The notes under the pieces are model-generated. The model made no database searches. It was not told the DNA's origin and was given only the letters and a program-made list of their open reading frames with translations. Positions 36,591 to 49,268 of a stretch of 64,000 nucleotides of DNA are shown in pieces (the stretch's first letter is position 1; each line of letters opens with the position of its first letter). Source of the stretch: Eledone cirrhosa (Eukaryota); contig OZ024742.1 of the NCBI GenBank assembly GCA_964016885.1, positions 264,678,001-264,742,000 on the forward strand. The letters are read 5' to 3'. A program made the translations under genes and the position numbers.

Positions 36591-38470
36591 TCATCATCAT
36601 CATCATCATCATCACCGTTTTACGTCCGTTCTTCCACGCTAGCATGGGTTAGACGGGTTGTCCTGTTGTGTGCAGTGTCTGGTCGGCTGACCATGCCTTG
36701 CTCATACAGGAACTGATCTGGCTTGATTTCTACAGCTGGATGCCCTTCCTAACACCAACCTCATTTACAGTGAGTGCTGGGTGCTTTTTCGTGGCGCCTA
36801 CACATCCACTTTACAGTGTGGGCTGGGTGCTTTTTTGCCGTGGCACCTCCACGACCACCTTGCGGTGGGGTGTGTGGGGGCATATTGTTTATATGCTTCA
36901 GCATGTACCCATGGGAGGTCGGGTACTCTGTATTACTGCGTGACGCCAGAAGTCACGGTCGTGTGTCATTGTCTTTGAGAGGTGTAATTGGGTAAGGTCG
37001 GCTTTTATCACCTCATCCCGGGTCATCTTGGGTCTCCCCGCTCCGCGGTTTCCATCAACTTCTAGTGCTCTGCACCTTTTTATGCAGCTGTCATCCTTCA
37101 TACACATCACATGTCCATACCAGCGCAACCGCCTCTCCTGCACACAGCATTTGATTCCTCTTATGCTCAGTCTCTCTCTCAATTCATTTATGCTTTGTCG
37201 TTCACGTATATTACTGTTACACATCCATCGGAGCATGCAGGCTTCGTTTCTCTCTAATCTACGTAAGTCTTCCACCTTCAGCGCCCAGGTCTCACTACCA
37301 TGCAACATCGCTGTTCGGATACACGCATCATACAGTCTGCCTTTCATTCTGAGGGAGAAGCCTTTTGCAGCTAGAAGTGGTAGTAGTTCCCTAAACTTCT
37401 TCCATCCCGTTCTTACCCTAGTTATTGTACTTTCTGAACACCCACCTCCGTTGCTAATTCGGTCACCTTGGTAGCAGAAGCTGTCTACTGTTTCTACAGG
37501 GCCCTCCCAGAGATTGGTGGTACTTGTTTCCTGTGGCTGTTTGCTGCTTGCTGTTTCAGCACAGCTGCTGCATGTGAATCCTACATTCTTAATTAAGCTT
37601 CCTGAGATCCCGCTACATCTCTTGTGTACCCATTGTTTGCATTTGGGGCAGAGAATGGAGTTCCTACCTACACCTTTCCTACATACTGAGCAAGGCCATT
37701 TCCCCGAGGGGATCTGGGTTCTGTTTTCTCGTCTACTTACAAGGACCTTAGTTTTGGTCATGTTGACTTTGAGACCCTTTCTCTCTAGTCCCTGATTCCA
37801 GGTTTGGAATTTATTCTCTAGTTCTACCATAGATTCAGCTATGAGTGTGAGGTCATCAGCATACAGGAGTTCCCATGGGCATCCGGTCTTAAACTCCTCC
37901 GTTATTGCCTGCAGGACTATGATGAACAGGAGAGGGCTAAGAACAGAGCCCTGGTGGACCCCAACCTGTACGCTAAATTCCTCGCTATACTCATTGCTAA
38001 TCCTAACTTTGCTGACTGCTCCCCTATACATGGCTTGTACCGCTTTCACAAGCCATTCATCTACTCCTAGTTTTCTAAGAGCCCACCAGATTACAGCACG
38101 TGGAACTCTGTCAAAGGCTTTCTCAAGGTCGACAAATGCCAAGTAGAGTGGCTTACTTTTAGCTAGGTACTTTTCCTGTAATTGCCTCACAAGGAAGAGG
38201 GCATCAGTGGTGCTTCTTCCTGGTACAAACCCAAATTGCATCTCGTCTATATTCACCCGGTCCCTAATCAGCTGTGCTATAACTCTTTCTGTTACTTTCA
38301 TGACCTGGTCCATCAACTTTATACCTTTATAGTTTCCTCTATCTAGTGCATCGCCTTTGCCTTTGTAGCAGTTGACAATGATGCTACTGCACCAATCTTT
38401 TGGTATGGCCCCTTCTAGTATTACCTGGTTAACGATACGTGTGGTTATAGTGTGACCTACAGACCCAGAT
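36591..38470 (-). mobile_element. Young 5'-truncated RTE LINE (subfamily A) with an uninterrupted reading frame
   Basis: Frame open from ~38469 (SGSVGHTITTRIVNQ..) to the stop at 36898; 3' UTR and (GAT)n tail at 36591-36613. Confidence 0.95.
36898..38316 (-). CDS. Reverse transcriptase with PHD-like finger (truncated RTE ORF2, no endonuclease)
   Basis: 472-aa ORF: [73 protein letters not shown]. Confidence 0.85.
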   Translation of the reverse strand: MMDQVMKVTERVIAQLIRDRVNIDEMQFGFVPGRSTTDALFLVRQLQEKYLAKSKPLYLAFVDLEKAFDRVPRAVIWWALRKLGVDEWLVKAVQAMYRGAVSKVRISNEYSEEFSVQVGVHQGSVLSPLLFIIVLQAITEEFKTGCPWELLYADDLTLIAESMVELENKFQTWNQGLERKGLKVNMTKTKVLVSRRENRTQIPSGKWPCSVCRKGVGRNSILCPKCKQWVHKRCSGISGSLIKNVGFTCSSCAETASSKQPQETSTTNLWEGPVETVDSFCYQGDRISNGGGCSESTITRVRTGWKKFRELLPLLAAKGFSLRMKGRLYDACIRTAMLHGSETWALKVEDLRRLERNEACMLRWMCNSNIRERQSINELRERLSIRGIKCCVQERRLRWYGHVMCMKDDSCIKRCRALEVDGNRGAGRPKMTRDEVIKADLTQLHLSKTMTHDRDFWRHAVIQSTRPPMGTC

Positions 38471-38492
38471 AATAATAATAATAATAATAATA

Positions 38493-38522
<30 letters not shown>

Positions 38523-38525
<3 letters not shown>

Positions 38526-39210
38526 AGATCCACAGACATGGAACATCATATTTACAAGGAGGAGGCTAGCCCACTGTGTAGGATCTGTGGAGAGAGAGAG
38601 GAGATTGTGGCTCACATTGTATCTGAGTGTAAACACCTAGCCCAGACTCACTATAAAGGCTGGAGACATGATGTGATGGGCAGGCTGATCCACTGGCACC
38701 TATGCAAAGTAAACAATTTACCGCATTCTGAGAAGTGGTATGGCCAGAGTCGGTGTTAGAAAACGATCAGGTGAAGGTGCTATGGGATTTTAGGATACAG
38801 ACAGACAAGAAACTGGAACACAATACCTGGTGGTTTTGGACAAGGAAAAAAGATCATGCCTGATTGTAAATGTAGCCTGCCCATTTGACACGAGAGTGCA
38901 AGAAAAGTAGAGGGAGAAAATTAACCGATACCAGGACTTAAAGTGGGAGGTAAAAAGGATTTGGAACTGCCATGAAGTCAAAGTCGTTCCGATTGTCATA
39001 GGTGCACTAGGTACTATCTCAAAGAATTTCCAAGGATGGTTAAAGAAAATTAGTCCCGCCCCGTTTTTTGGAACACTTCAAAAGGCATGCTTGCTGGGAA
39101 CAGCAAGAACCCTCCGATACGTCCTGAATATCTGAGGCTGAAGGTAGCGGCTTGATATTCATTTCAACAAACTTTCCAGTTAAATAACATCAATGACTGA
39201 GACTCAAAGA
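38523..39210 (+). mobile_element. R4/Dong-type LINE 3' fragment (CCHC knuckle and REL endonuclease) in (TAA)n
   Basis: CRICGEREEIVAHIVSEC..YKGWRHD, VKVLWDF.IQTD, LIVNVACPFD, KINRYQDLKWE..VVPIVIGALG, LQKACLLGTARTLR; TAA/TTA repeats on both sides, consistent with Dong targeting (TAA)n. Confidence 0.9.
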
Positions 39211-39231
39211 ATAATAATAATAATTATAATA

Positions 39232-39415
39232 ATAATTGTGTCTACTTTTGCTACAAGGCCTGCAATTACCCAGTACATTACTAGTACTTTATTTTATCGA
39301 CCCCATAAGGATGAAAGGCAAAGTTAACCTTGACGGGATTTGAATAATAATAATAATAATTGTTTCTACTTTTGGCACAAGGCCAGCAATTATTCAGTGC
39401 ATTACTGGTACTTTA
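39232..39415 (-). mobile_element. Two truncated SINE family 3 copies
   Basis: TTTTATCGACCCCATAAGGATGAAAGGCAAAGTTAACCT and TTTCTACTTTTGGCACAAGGCCAGCAATTA. Confidence 0.8.
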
Positions 39416-39429
39416 ATAATAATAATAAA

Positions 39430-41620
39430 CAAGGACCAGTCCTTCAGAATGGTACCAATCTGAGTTAAAAAAGTCTGATAATGGACAAACTCTTCCCAAA
39501 ACAACGAGGCTTTTGGTCAGGAAAACTGGAACAATTCCAACTTTGGACCATCGAACCCTCCATCAAATAAATCTTCTTTAAGAATCCCACAGAAATGGAC
39601 TCACAAAGAGTATACCCAAGTTATGACAGCATTCAACTCAGCCCTAGAAAACCGTACCTCTATCATGACAAATCAAACTTATGACATCTGGAGGGAAAGC
39701 ATTGGAATGATTCAAGGCTGTACATAGATGTAATTAAGCCCTCTAATGCGAAATAACAGGCTTACCAGAGCAGAATTGGTCCAAATAAAATTAAATGTTA
39801 AAGTCACCATAAGAAACGGCCCCATTATCCAAAGATAATTTAACTGTTGACTTGGAGGTCATGGGTTTTCTCCTGAAGAAAGCAACAAAAACATAATAGA
39901 AATAAGAGGTTACCTGATACAGACCAACAATAACCAGCTTGAATGACTGAACACTGAATTAAGCTACATAAACTCAGAAATACAAGGAAATGAACATGAA
40001 CGTGAATCTCCACCAGAATATTAGAAAAAATATAGAGATGAAGTCACAGCAGCAAAATTGAGGCAGTAAGCAGGACCAGTTATATGGAATTGTATGACAG
40101 GTAATATCTACCAAAAATTCAAACCACAAAGTCTAATTTGAAAATCATTCATAAATATAATACTGCACTACAAGAAAATCTTAGTGTCGATGACCATCAA
40201 CATATAAGTATGCTAAAATGCATTGTGTATACAATGCATTTTAGCATACTTATATGCTAAAATGCATTGTATACACAATGCATTTTAGCATACATATATG
40301 CTAAAATGCATTGTATACACAATGCATTTTAGCATACTTATATGTTGATGGTCATCGACACTAAGATTTTCTTGTAGTGCAGTATTATATTTATGAATGT
40401 TACTAGCTGTAACTGTAAAAATTAAGAAAAACACTTGTACCAGGCATGGAAAGTAAAGATAAAGAAGGAAATAGAGGTACTGAGAAGTGACATTTCCATA
40501 TTCATGAAATGTCAAAAGGGGGTTCAAATGACTACCTTGAAATCCAGAAGAGAAAATACAAAATAATAGACATACACAACATATCGCAAATAAAAGAAAG
40601 ATTGAAGCAAAAAGTACAAGTGAAATCAGAAAGGTTAAGAAAGAACAAAATATTATAGGCAAAACAATATCTTTGAAACAGATGCCAAAAGGTTCTGTAG
40701 AGAAATAGGAAAACATGAAATAGAAATAAAAGAACCACCCTCAATGAAAGAAGTACAAAAATTATTGGAAAACATCTGGATTAATCCAAAGGAACACAAT
40801 GGATTGAACTGCAGAAAGTATGAATGAAGTATTTACTTACACAAAAGTGGAGTAATATCATAAAAGAAAATATCAAACTTGCTTTAAATAAATCTCAGAA
40901 CTGGAAGTTTGTGACAAAGTATCAAACTTTTAGCTTCACCACCTTACATCTTCACAAAGTTTGATGGCAAAAACTATCAAAAATTATGATTTTTACCAAT
41001 TGAGATGCCAACCTGAATCACAAAGGGAATAACGTTTCTCTTACCCAAAAGGAAGAAATTGATGAATCTAAGATTTATAGACCAATAATATGTCTGTCTA
41101 CCACATATAAACTCTCAACATCAATAATCAATGACCTTGAGTACTCATTTCTAGAGGAAAACAATATCTTACCAAAAGGGGTGCAGGCTGTAAGAACCAA
41201 CTATTAATATACAAAATGATACTGGAAAACTTCTCTACAAAGAAAAGAAGTCTCAGCACAGCCTGGATAGACTATCAGAAAGTTCTGATAGAGTCCCCCA
41301 ATCACAGATACTTCAATCTCTTGAGATTTACAAAATATCCCCCAAAATTATAAATTTATTGAAACAAAGTATGGATTAATGGAAAACAACTCTTTTCTTG
41401 AAACACAGCAAAGTGACAACCAATTCAGAAGAAATCTCAATATGCAGAGGATTATTCCAGGGACATTCATTGACCCCCTCCTATTCTGTATAGCATTAAT
41501 TCTTCATTCTCATGAACTAAGGAATTCTACCTATGGCTACAAAATTAAAGAAAGCCTTTTCAGCCATGTCTTCTACATGGATGATCTTAAGCTCTTCTTT
41601 TGCTATAGATACCAGACAGA
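39430..41620 (+). mobile_element. Heavily decayed R4/Dong-type LINE (pre-RT and RT region)
   Basis: Fragments FETDAKRF, YRPIICLSTTYKLSTS, STAWIDYQK..DRVP, RGLFQG..PLLFCIAL, SHVFYMDDLKLF. Confidence 0.75.
40146..40399. repeat. Fold-back palindrome with three iterated central hairpins
   Basis: Outer arms CATTCATAAATATAATACTGCACTACAAG..CATCAACATATAAG and its exact reverse complement; centre is 3x TATGCTAAAATGCATTG(TGTATA/TATACA)CAATGCATTTTAGCATA. Confidence 0.95.
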
Positions 41621-42075
41621 GAAGACTTGCTCTATTTCCATTTTAAAAAAAGGTGGTGGTTCAATCCTCACTATAGACATGGCCAATAGGCAGACCTGTC
41701 CTACACATGACAGCAGTTATTAGATACAAGCCCACAAATTTGAAATGCATGGGCATTGAGCAATAGTATACTGAAGAGGTCTAACTGTTGGCACTTCTAT
41801 GTCCCTGAACTGGTAAAGCTTCTCTTTGGCACTACCATGCCAAGGATTTTTTAAATTGTCCATAATCCCTGGCCTGCAAGTCCTTTAGAGGAGCTTCATT
41901 AGACTGACCTCATTAGTGCCCAGAGCCACTTTTTGTTGCTTATATTTTCCATAAACCTGCTATAGAATTCAGTGTTGTTTTCTAATTGCCTATTGCATTG
42001 TTCAACTTGTAAAGTGTGGAGAGTGCCTGGCAACATTCAACAATAATAACTTTATTTTTTATTTATTTATTAGTA

Positions 42076-44871
42076 TCAATTCAAAAAATGAGACAATCTC
42101 TTGATCACCTACAGATCAAGGGAACATACCAGCCAGGTAGATTATATCCTTACCAGAAGACGTGACAGAGTGTCTGTTGTAAACACTAAATCCCTCCCCC
42201 ATGAAGAATGCACCTCCCAACATAGACTGATAATTAGCGACCTCATAGTCAGGATGAGACGTACTCGTCAGGAGAAAAATATGGAAGCTAAAGGACCCCA
42301 CAGCCAGAAATAAATTTAAAAGCATATTACTTGATGCTTTCAACAGTAAGGAAGAGCATTTAGAGTCGTACAATATAGAGGAACAGTGGGAATTCCTGAA
42401 AGCAAACCTACTGAGGCGGCAGACGAAGTCTGTGGCTGGAGCAGGCCTATAGGCAGGAGGAGAGTAACATGGTGGTGGAACAGTAAGGTGGAGGAGTCAA
42501 TTAAGGCCAAAAAGCAGGCTTGGAAAGTATGGCGGGATGGGGGAAGTAGAGAAGACTATCAAGTGGCCAGGAGGGAAGCTAGGAGACAAGTGTACTTCGC
42601 AAGAAGGGAAGCAGAGGAAAGAAAGTTCAAGCATGTTCTACAATGCGAGGACCAAAAATGTGAGGTGTTCAGGATTGCTAGGCAATGTGTCAAGGAAAAC
42701 CGTGATATTGTTGGGGAGAAGTGTGTCCTTAATGATGATGGTGTACTTGCCATCACTGACGCTGATAAGAAGGTAGCTTGGAAGTATCACTACGAAAGGC
42801 TACTAAATGAGGAGAATAAATGGGAGAAAGACAGTCTCCCCCACATCAATCCAATAGAGGGACCAGCAGTGTTAGTCGAAGGTAGTATAATAAGTTGGGC
42901 AATCAAAGATATGAAGACGGGTAAGGCGGCTGGGTCTTCGGAAATAGTTGCTGAAATGCTGAAAGCTTCTGGAATGGTGGGACACACCATGGTCACCCGG
43001 ATAGTAAACCAAGTCATACAGAATGGGGTTGTTCCAAAGGACTGGCGTAGCAGCATCATCATTAACTGCTACAAGGGTAAAGGAGATGCCCTAGATAGGA
43101 GTAACTATAGAGGCATTAAATTAATCGACCTAGGTCATGAAGGTCACAGAAAAAGTAATAGCGCAACTAATCAGAGAGAGAATTGATCTAGATGAAATGC
43201 AGTTCGGGTTTGTGTCAGGTAAAAGTACCACAGACGCTCTTTTCATTGTACGACAACTACAGGAGAAGTACCTAGCTACAAGTAAACCCCTATACTTAGC
43301 TTTTGTCGACTTGGAGAAAGCCTTCAACAGAGTCCCCCATTCCATTATCTGGTGGGCTCTTGGAAAACTATGTGTTGATGAATGGCTTGTGAGAGCTATA
43401 CAAGCCATGTATAAATAAACAGTCAGCAAGGTTAGAATTAACAACGAATATAGTGAATAGTTTAGCGTAAACGTTGGTGTTCATCAGGGCTCCGTTCTTA
43501 GCCCCATACTATTTATTATCGCCCTTCAGGCTATAACAGTGGAGTTCAAGACCGGCTGCCCATGGGAACTCCTATACGCAGATGATCTAACGCTCATAGC
43601 TGAATCAATGGCCGAACTAGAGAAGAAATTCCAAACATCGAAGCATGGCCTAGAATCAAAAGGGCTTAAAATTAACCTGTCTAAGACTAAAGTTCTAGTT
43701 TGTAGGAAGGAAAATAGGGCGCCGGTCCCATCCGGGAAATGGCCATGCTCAGTGTGTAGGAAAGGAGTAGGTAGAAACTCCATTTTATGTCCCAAATGCA
43801 AAGTATGGGTGCATAAAAGATGTAGTGGGATCACAGGTAAGCTAATTAAGAACATAGATTTTATATGTGGCCGGTGCTCTGGTACAATAAGTAGCAGCAA
43901 GTGCCCACAGAATACTAGCTCATTCCATTGCACAGATGATTCTATAGAAATAGTGGACACCTTCCGTTACTTGGGTGACAAAATCAGCAGTGGTGGAGGG
44001 TGGTCTGAAAGTTCAGTAGCTAGAGTCAGAACTGGATGGAAAAAGTTCAGAGAGCTTATACCACTATTAGCCGCTAAAGGGTTCTCTCTAAAAATGAAAG
44101 GCAGGTTATACGATGCCTGCATACAAACAGCAATGTTACATGGCAGTGAGACCTGGGCATCGTGTGCAGAGGATATACGCAGACTGGAGAGGAATGAAGC
44201 TTGCATGCTCCGCTGGATGTGTAATAGTAATATACGTGAACGGCAAAGCATAAACGAACTATGTTGTTTACTCGAGAGAAGACTACATTGGTATGGTCAC
44301 GTGATGCGCATGAAAGACGACAGCTGTATAAAAAAGTGCAGGGCAATAAAAATAGACGGTAGCCACAGAGTAGGCAGACCCAGAAAAACCTGGGATGACT
44401 TGATAAATTCTGACCTCACACACTTACACCTCTCCAAGACAATGTCACTGGACCGAGATCTTTGGCGCTACACAGTAATACAGAAGACCCGCCTTACCTA
44501 AGTACAAAGTGAAACCTACTACAGTCAGTAGGCACCTCTAACAAAATACACCCAGTCCCACTACCCCCACCCCATCCACACCACCCCTTTCAATGTAAAG
44601 TTATGTTGGTACCACACCATCCAGTCCGAAACAAATGAGATCGTGTAGGTGTCACGACAAAAAAAAACACACAGTCCACGCTGTAATGTGGCCATGTAGG
44701 TAACACGGTAAAAACCTCCCAGTCCACACTGTAAACGTGGTTGGTGTTAGGAAGGGCATCCAGCTGTAGAAAACCCGCCAGACAGTCCTATGCGAGTGAG
44801 ACAACCACTCTAGCCTCAAGTGGGAAAACTCCCGTCCAAACCCATACAAGCGTGGAAGATGGACATTAAAC

Positions 44872-44900
<29 letters not shown>
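42076..44900 (+). mobile_element. RTE LINE (subfamily B), 5'-truncated and disrupted
   Basis: Colinear with 25260-28142; RT motifs and PHD-like finger in ORFs 42386-43186, 43137-43418 and 43539-44501; (GAT)n tail. Confidence 0.95.
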
Positions 44901-44903
<3 letters not shown>

Positions 44904-45276
44904 CATAAAATTAACAATAATAATAATCACAACCAGCATTATCTTAACTTTAAGAGTTAAACTTAAGATTTTAATCCATGATCAAATAATGATTACAGTC
45001 ATTGAACTATAGCCATACTGAAGTGCTACCTTTAAGAATTTAGTCAATTATATCAACATTAGTACTTATTTTAGTTTCTGCCTTCCAAATTCCACTCACA
45101 AGGCATTGATTGGTCAATCTGAGACAGCAGTAGATGAGTAAATGCCCAAGATGTTATACAGTGGCATCTAACCCAGAGTCATGTGACTGTAAAGAGAGCT
45201 TATTAACTAGACAATTAGGCTTTATAAACCTTCTATTGATACAAATTCATCCACAAACCCATACCATTATGATTAA

Positions 45277-45499
45277 CCCTTTCATTTCTCTTTCTAATGA
45301 AATACTTTGTATTTTAAGTAATTAATGAAGAATTTAGAAGTAATTACTAAAATTATAATTTTATTAAGATATTTGTAACATGAACAAACTTTATATAAAA
45401 TTTTGTTCAAAGGTTTTAATTTAAGTAGGCACCCATTGAAATGGGTGGCTTTGTTCTATAGAACCAGAGGCAGTTTTGGGCAGGTTGGTATCAAAAGGA
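45277..45499. mobile_element. piggyBac-like MITE (degenerate)
   Basis: TTAA-CCCTTTC..GGTTGGTATCAAAAGGA-TTAA; homologous to 55138-55365. Confidence 0.6.
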
Positions 45500-46715
45500 T
45501 TAAAGTAGAAACAATTGTTATCACTTCAACCACCATCATTCCTGACACCCAGACAGATTTATAGTTTTAATATATACACTGGTATACATTTGTAAAAATC
45601 ATGTATTAAATCTCTTTATATGTATACATGGGGACAAACTATAGAAATATTGTATTTATTTATATAGTTACATGACATTGTATATAGAGTAAATTCCAGA
45701 ATGTAAGGGAACTGGTAATAGTCTGTATTGGGAATAAACAATTCATAGGAGAGTGTGTAAGAGAGTTGGATGAGTTTAGTTGCTGTGGTGAGTTCACTTG
45801 CTTTGCCTATCATCTGAAACAGAGATAAAATAGTATTATCCCCAGGTTTCAGGAAATTATTTTTTCCAGTTTGTGGCGTTTGAGAGATTTGGGGGAGTTG
45901 GACTGCTAACAACAAAGTTCTTGTCATTTATAGTGATTTGCCTTACTGAATGATCAGGTGATGCTCTGAGAGTGCTTGAGCCTCAGTTTCATGCATGGAA
46001 ATGATGTGAGTGTGTTGATTTGCCTAAAAACGATAAGAGGGCAACTCTAGTGCCCCTTGTGGTGTGATTGAATGTGTGGGTCTTCTCTCCCCAACTTTTC
46101 TCTTTTTTATAATTAACTCCACCATTTTTTATTTTTTCTGCATAGTTTTATTCATTATATAAATTGTATTGACATTGAAATGAAATGAAGGAATTATATG
46201 TTACTATGTGTGGGTGTATGACTATATTTATCTGTGAATTGTTATTATTTAGGTGTGGCTCTTTTTGTCTCACTTCCTCTCTACTTACCATTCCCTCTTT
46301 ATTTGAATTCTCCACCTTTTCCTTTGGCAGCTCTTTCTACCTCCCCTTAGCTTAGCTTCTTTCTTCTTTGTTCATCTCATGCTGCCCTCATGTCTGACAC
46401 TTTCTTTTTCACTCAGTCTTCCTCTCTCATCTTCAATTTCAATTCCTTTTCTTTTTACTTTACTACATCATTATCATGATCATCAGTTTTACAGCTGTTT
46501 TCTTTTTTTGCTTGTTGGTTTTACAGCTTTTGATTTTGCCCTTCCTATTGCCAAACTTTATGGGATTTTGGGGGTTTTTTTAAGTAAGGTTCAGATTTTC
46601 ACATGGCTAACTGATAAACTGATTGCAATGTTGAATGCAAACAGAAAAGACAAACTCGCACATACACATACACATATACACACATATATATATATGTGAT
46701 GCGATTCCTTACAGT

Positions 46716-47390
46716 TTCTTCTTCTTCTTTGCTCACTTATTCCTGAGAGGTTCATGAGGACAGAGTCCTCAAATACTCCTTTCAGCAGATCCTGTCAGAA
46801 GTTACTGTCACCAACTAATCCGGTTGAATCTCCAAGCGAGACCAGCCAAGCTGATGGATGTTATCCCACTATCTTGCTCAGGGTCTACCCTGGGTCTCCT
46901 ACTGGTTGGTCTTGCCTGTAAAATCTGTCCAACAATTCTTTCCTGAGACATTCTAACCACATGCTGATAGTATCGGAGCTGTGATCTCTTAATTCAGAGA
47001 AGTAGCGGTTCTACCTGGAGTGACTCTCTGATCTCCGAGCTATGCAGTCTATCGAGTAACGTTACTCCAAAGAGACATTGGAGGAACCCCGTTTCGGCTG
47101 CTTATATTTACAACCATATTCTTTTGGTCATTACCCAAGATTCATGACCATACATTAGAGTTGGCACAAATATCGAATTTGAAGATTGCGAGTTTGGCTT
47201 TTATGCCTATATCTTACCTCCCTTCTGATTACTGAATGCTGAAACTGGCAAATTAATACACCAGCTCCTGCAATTCTTGCACTTAATTCAGCCTCCTGCC
47301 TTCCATCACTAGTGAACTTGACCCCGATATACTAGAACTTCTCTACCTGCTTCAGTGGAACTTCATTTACCCATAGAGTTGCTCTTTCAC
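46716..47390 (-). mobile_element. Decayed RTE (Expander-like) LINE 3' part
   Basis: Reverse-complement homologue of 34900-35558 (PLKQVEKF, YGHESWVMT, (GAA)n tail at 46716-46729). Confidence 0.85.
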
Positions 47391-47430
47391 ATTCACCTGC
47401 CAGCCTAAGAAATTTATTTGCGGTACTTTG

Positions 47431-48418
47431 GCACTTTACAAGACATACGGGATTGCAGTGATGTTATGGGGGTGTCACCCTTCTGCTATCAGGAGACTTC
47501 AGACAGACTCTTCCTATAATACCAAAAGGAACAAGAGCAGATGCGGTAAATGCATGTCTTAAGTCTTCACCATTGTGGCGACAAGTGACATCATTAAGAC
47601 TAATTTCCAACATGCGTGCAAGGTTGCATGGGGACCCTCTGTCATCAACATTTTCTGGAGACATTCTTACAATAGGAGATGGTAACCTACCTCCGGATAC
47701 AGATGGACACATAGCAATTGATCACATCTGCAATGTAGTTGAAACTGTCGATGATCTCAAGGCGAGTGTATTCCCGAACTTGCGTGATAACTATACGAAT
47801 CTTGATTGGCTATGCGAAAGAGCCATTCTTGCACCCAAAAATATCACGGTTAGCTGTATTAACGATCAGCTTCTTCAGCTTCTTCCTGGATGTCCACGGA
47901 TATATAAATCTATTGATACTGTATGTGATCCACAGGATGCGGTCAATTATCCAGTTGCATTTCTAAATTCTTTAAATCCTCCTGGTTTACCTCCTAATAC
48001 ATTGGTTCTGAAAGAAGGAACACCAGTTATTTTGCTGAGAAATATCACTCCTCCAAAACTATGCAATGGTATACGGCTTGTGATTAAAAAACTGTCTCTA
48101 CTTAGTATTGACGTTACCATTCTATCTGGATGTGGAAAAGGCGAGGATGTGATAATAACAAAAATTAGCCTGACTACATCAGGTGTGGATACTCCCTTCT
48201 CCTTTCGCCGAACCCAATTTCCCCTTCGTGTTGCCTTTGCAATGTCCATAAACAAGTCGCAAGGTCAAACTCTGTCCGTCGCTGGAATTCACTTGGATGA
48301 ACCTTGCTTTTCACACTGACAATTCTACGTTGCCTGCTCACGAGTTGGCAGTCGAGATAACCTATTTGCGTTTGTTCCGAAAAGAAAAAAGAATATCGTC
48401 TATGCTGAAATGCTTTAG
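47431..48418 (+). pseudogene. Helitron PIF1-family helicase C-terminal half
   Basis: LLSGDFRQTLP, NMR, WLCERAILAPKN, FLNSLNPPGLP, ILLRN..KLCNG.RL, RRTQFPLRVAFAMSINKSQGQTL, FSH*QFYVACSRV; frameshift near 47468 and a premature TGA at 48317. Confidence 0.92.
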
Positions 48419-48707
48419 TGTTATCAAAAAAAAATTATTACAGCTCTGCCTTGACTTCACCTTAATCATTACAAAACATACCAATGAATATGTCATGCAG
48501 GATATTTTGGATTATAAGTTAAAAATTTAACTATACATAGCAAAGGATGCTCTCAAAGAATAGATTTTCTCTTATTCTACTCTCATTGTTTTTTTGTTTG
48601 TATACAACACTGCTTTCATTACAACTTTTTGTACTTTAGCAAAACTGCCTGTCATTTTACAGATTTGCAACGTGTATTGTCTTTAATTATTTGTATAACT
48701 ACATCAC

Positions 48708-48981
48708 AGGGTGATGTGTTGTTTTCTTGAGCAAGACACTTTATTTCACATTGCTCCAGTTTACTCAGCTGTAGAAATGAGATGATAGGGACTGGGGTCT
48801 CTATCATTCAACTGCAAAGTGGTTGTGGAGGTGCCACAGCAAAAAAGCACTCAGCACTCACTGTAAATGAGGTTGGTTTTAGGAAGGGCATCCAGCTGTA
48901 GAAATCAAGCCAGAATCAGTTCCCGTCCCACCCTTGCAAGCAGGGATAAGTGGACATAAAATGAAATGATGATGATGATGA
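48708..48981 (+). mobile_element. 5'-truncated copy of the tRNA-derived/RTE-tailed SINE
   Basis: Homologous to 7351-7625, including the GATAGGGACTGGGGTCTCTATC hairpin and (GAT)n tail; ACATC on both flanks. Confidence 0.88.
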
Positions 48982-49190
48982 CATCCTGTTCAGTGTTTTC
49001 CTTCATTATCAGCATAGTTTTATGTGTACAAAGATTGCACTAAATATTCGTTTGCATTAATTATTGAAGACTTCTGCTTATTTTGACAGGTTGGGGACAA
49101 ATAATGTTCTTCTTTTACTTCCTAGCTGTATATTCTTAGCATAATTTCAAACTCCGAGCAACGCCGGGTAAATCTGCTAGTATATATAGA

Positions 49191-49268
49191 CAGGACGTCC
49201 CAAAAAATGTATACATATTTCAACAGCATTCTAATAAATATGTGTATACATCTTTTAGGGACACCCTG
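49191..49268. mobile_element. Tc1/mariner-type MITE
   Basis: CAGGACGTCCCAAAAAATGTATACATAT..ATGTGTATACATCTTTTAGGGACACCCTG-TA; imperfect TIRs of the CAGGGTGTCCC type in a TA context. Confidence 0.7.

Larger units (their letters stand above)
47400..49180 (+). mobile_element. Helitron 3' portion (PIF1 helicase relic and canonical 3' end)
   Basis: PIF1 motifs at 47431-48418; 3' terminus CCGAGCAACGCCGGGTAAATCTGCTAG (CTAG 49177-49180) followed by T; SINE inserted at 48708-48981. Confidence 0.88.

Noticed and set aside
47573-48319. Host PIF1 gene
   Set aside because: Intronless, truncated and disrupted, and followed by a Helitron hairpin-CTAG end; it is transposon-derived.
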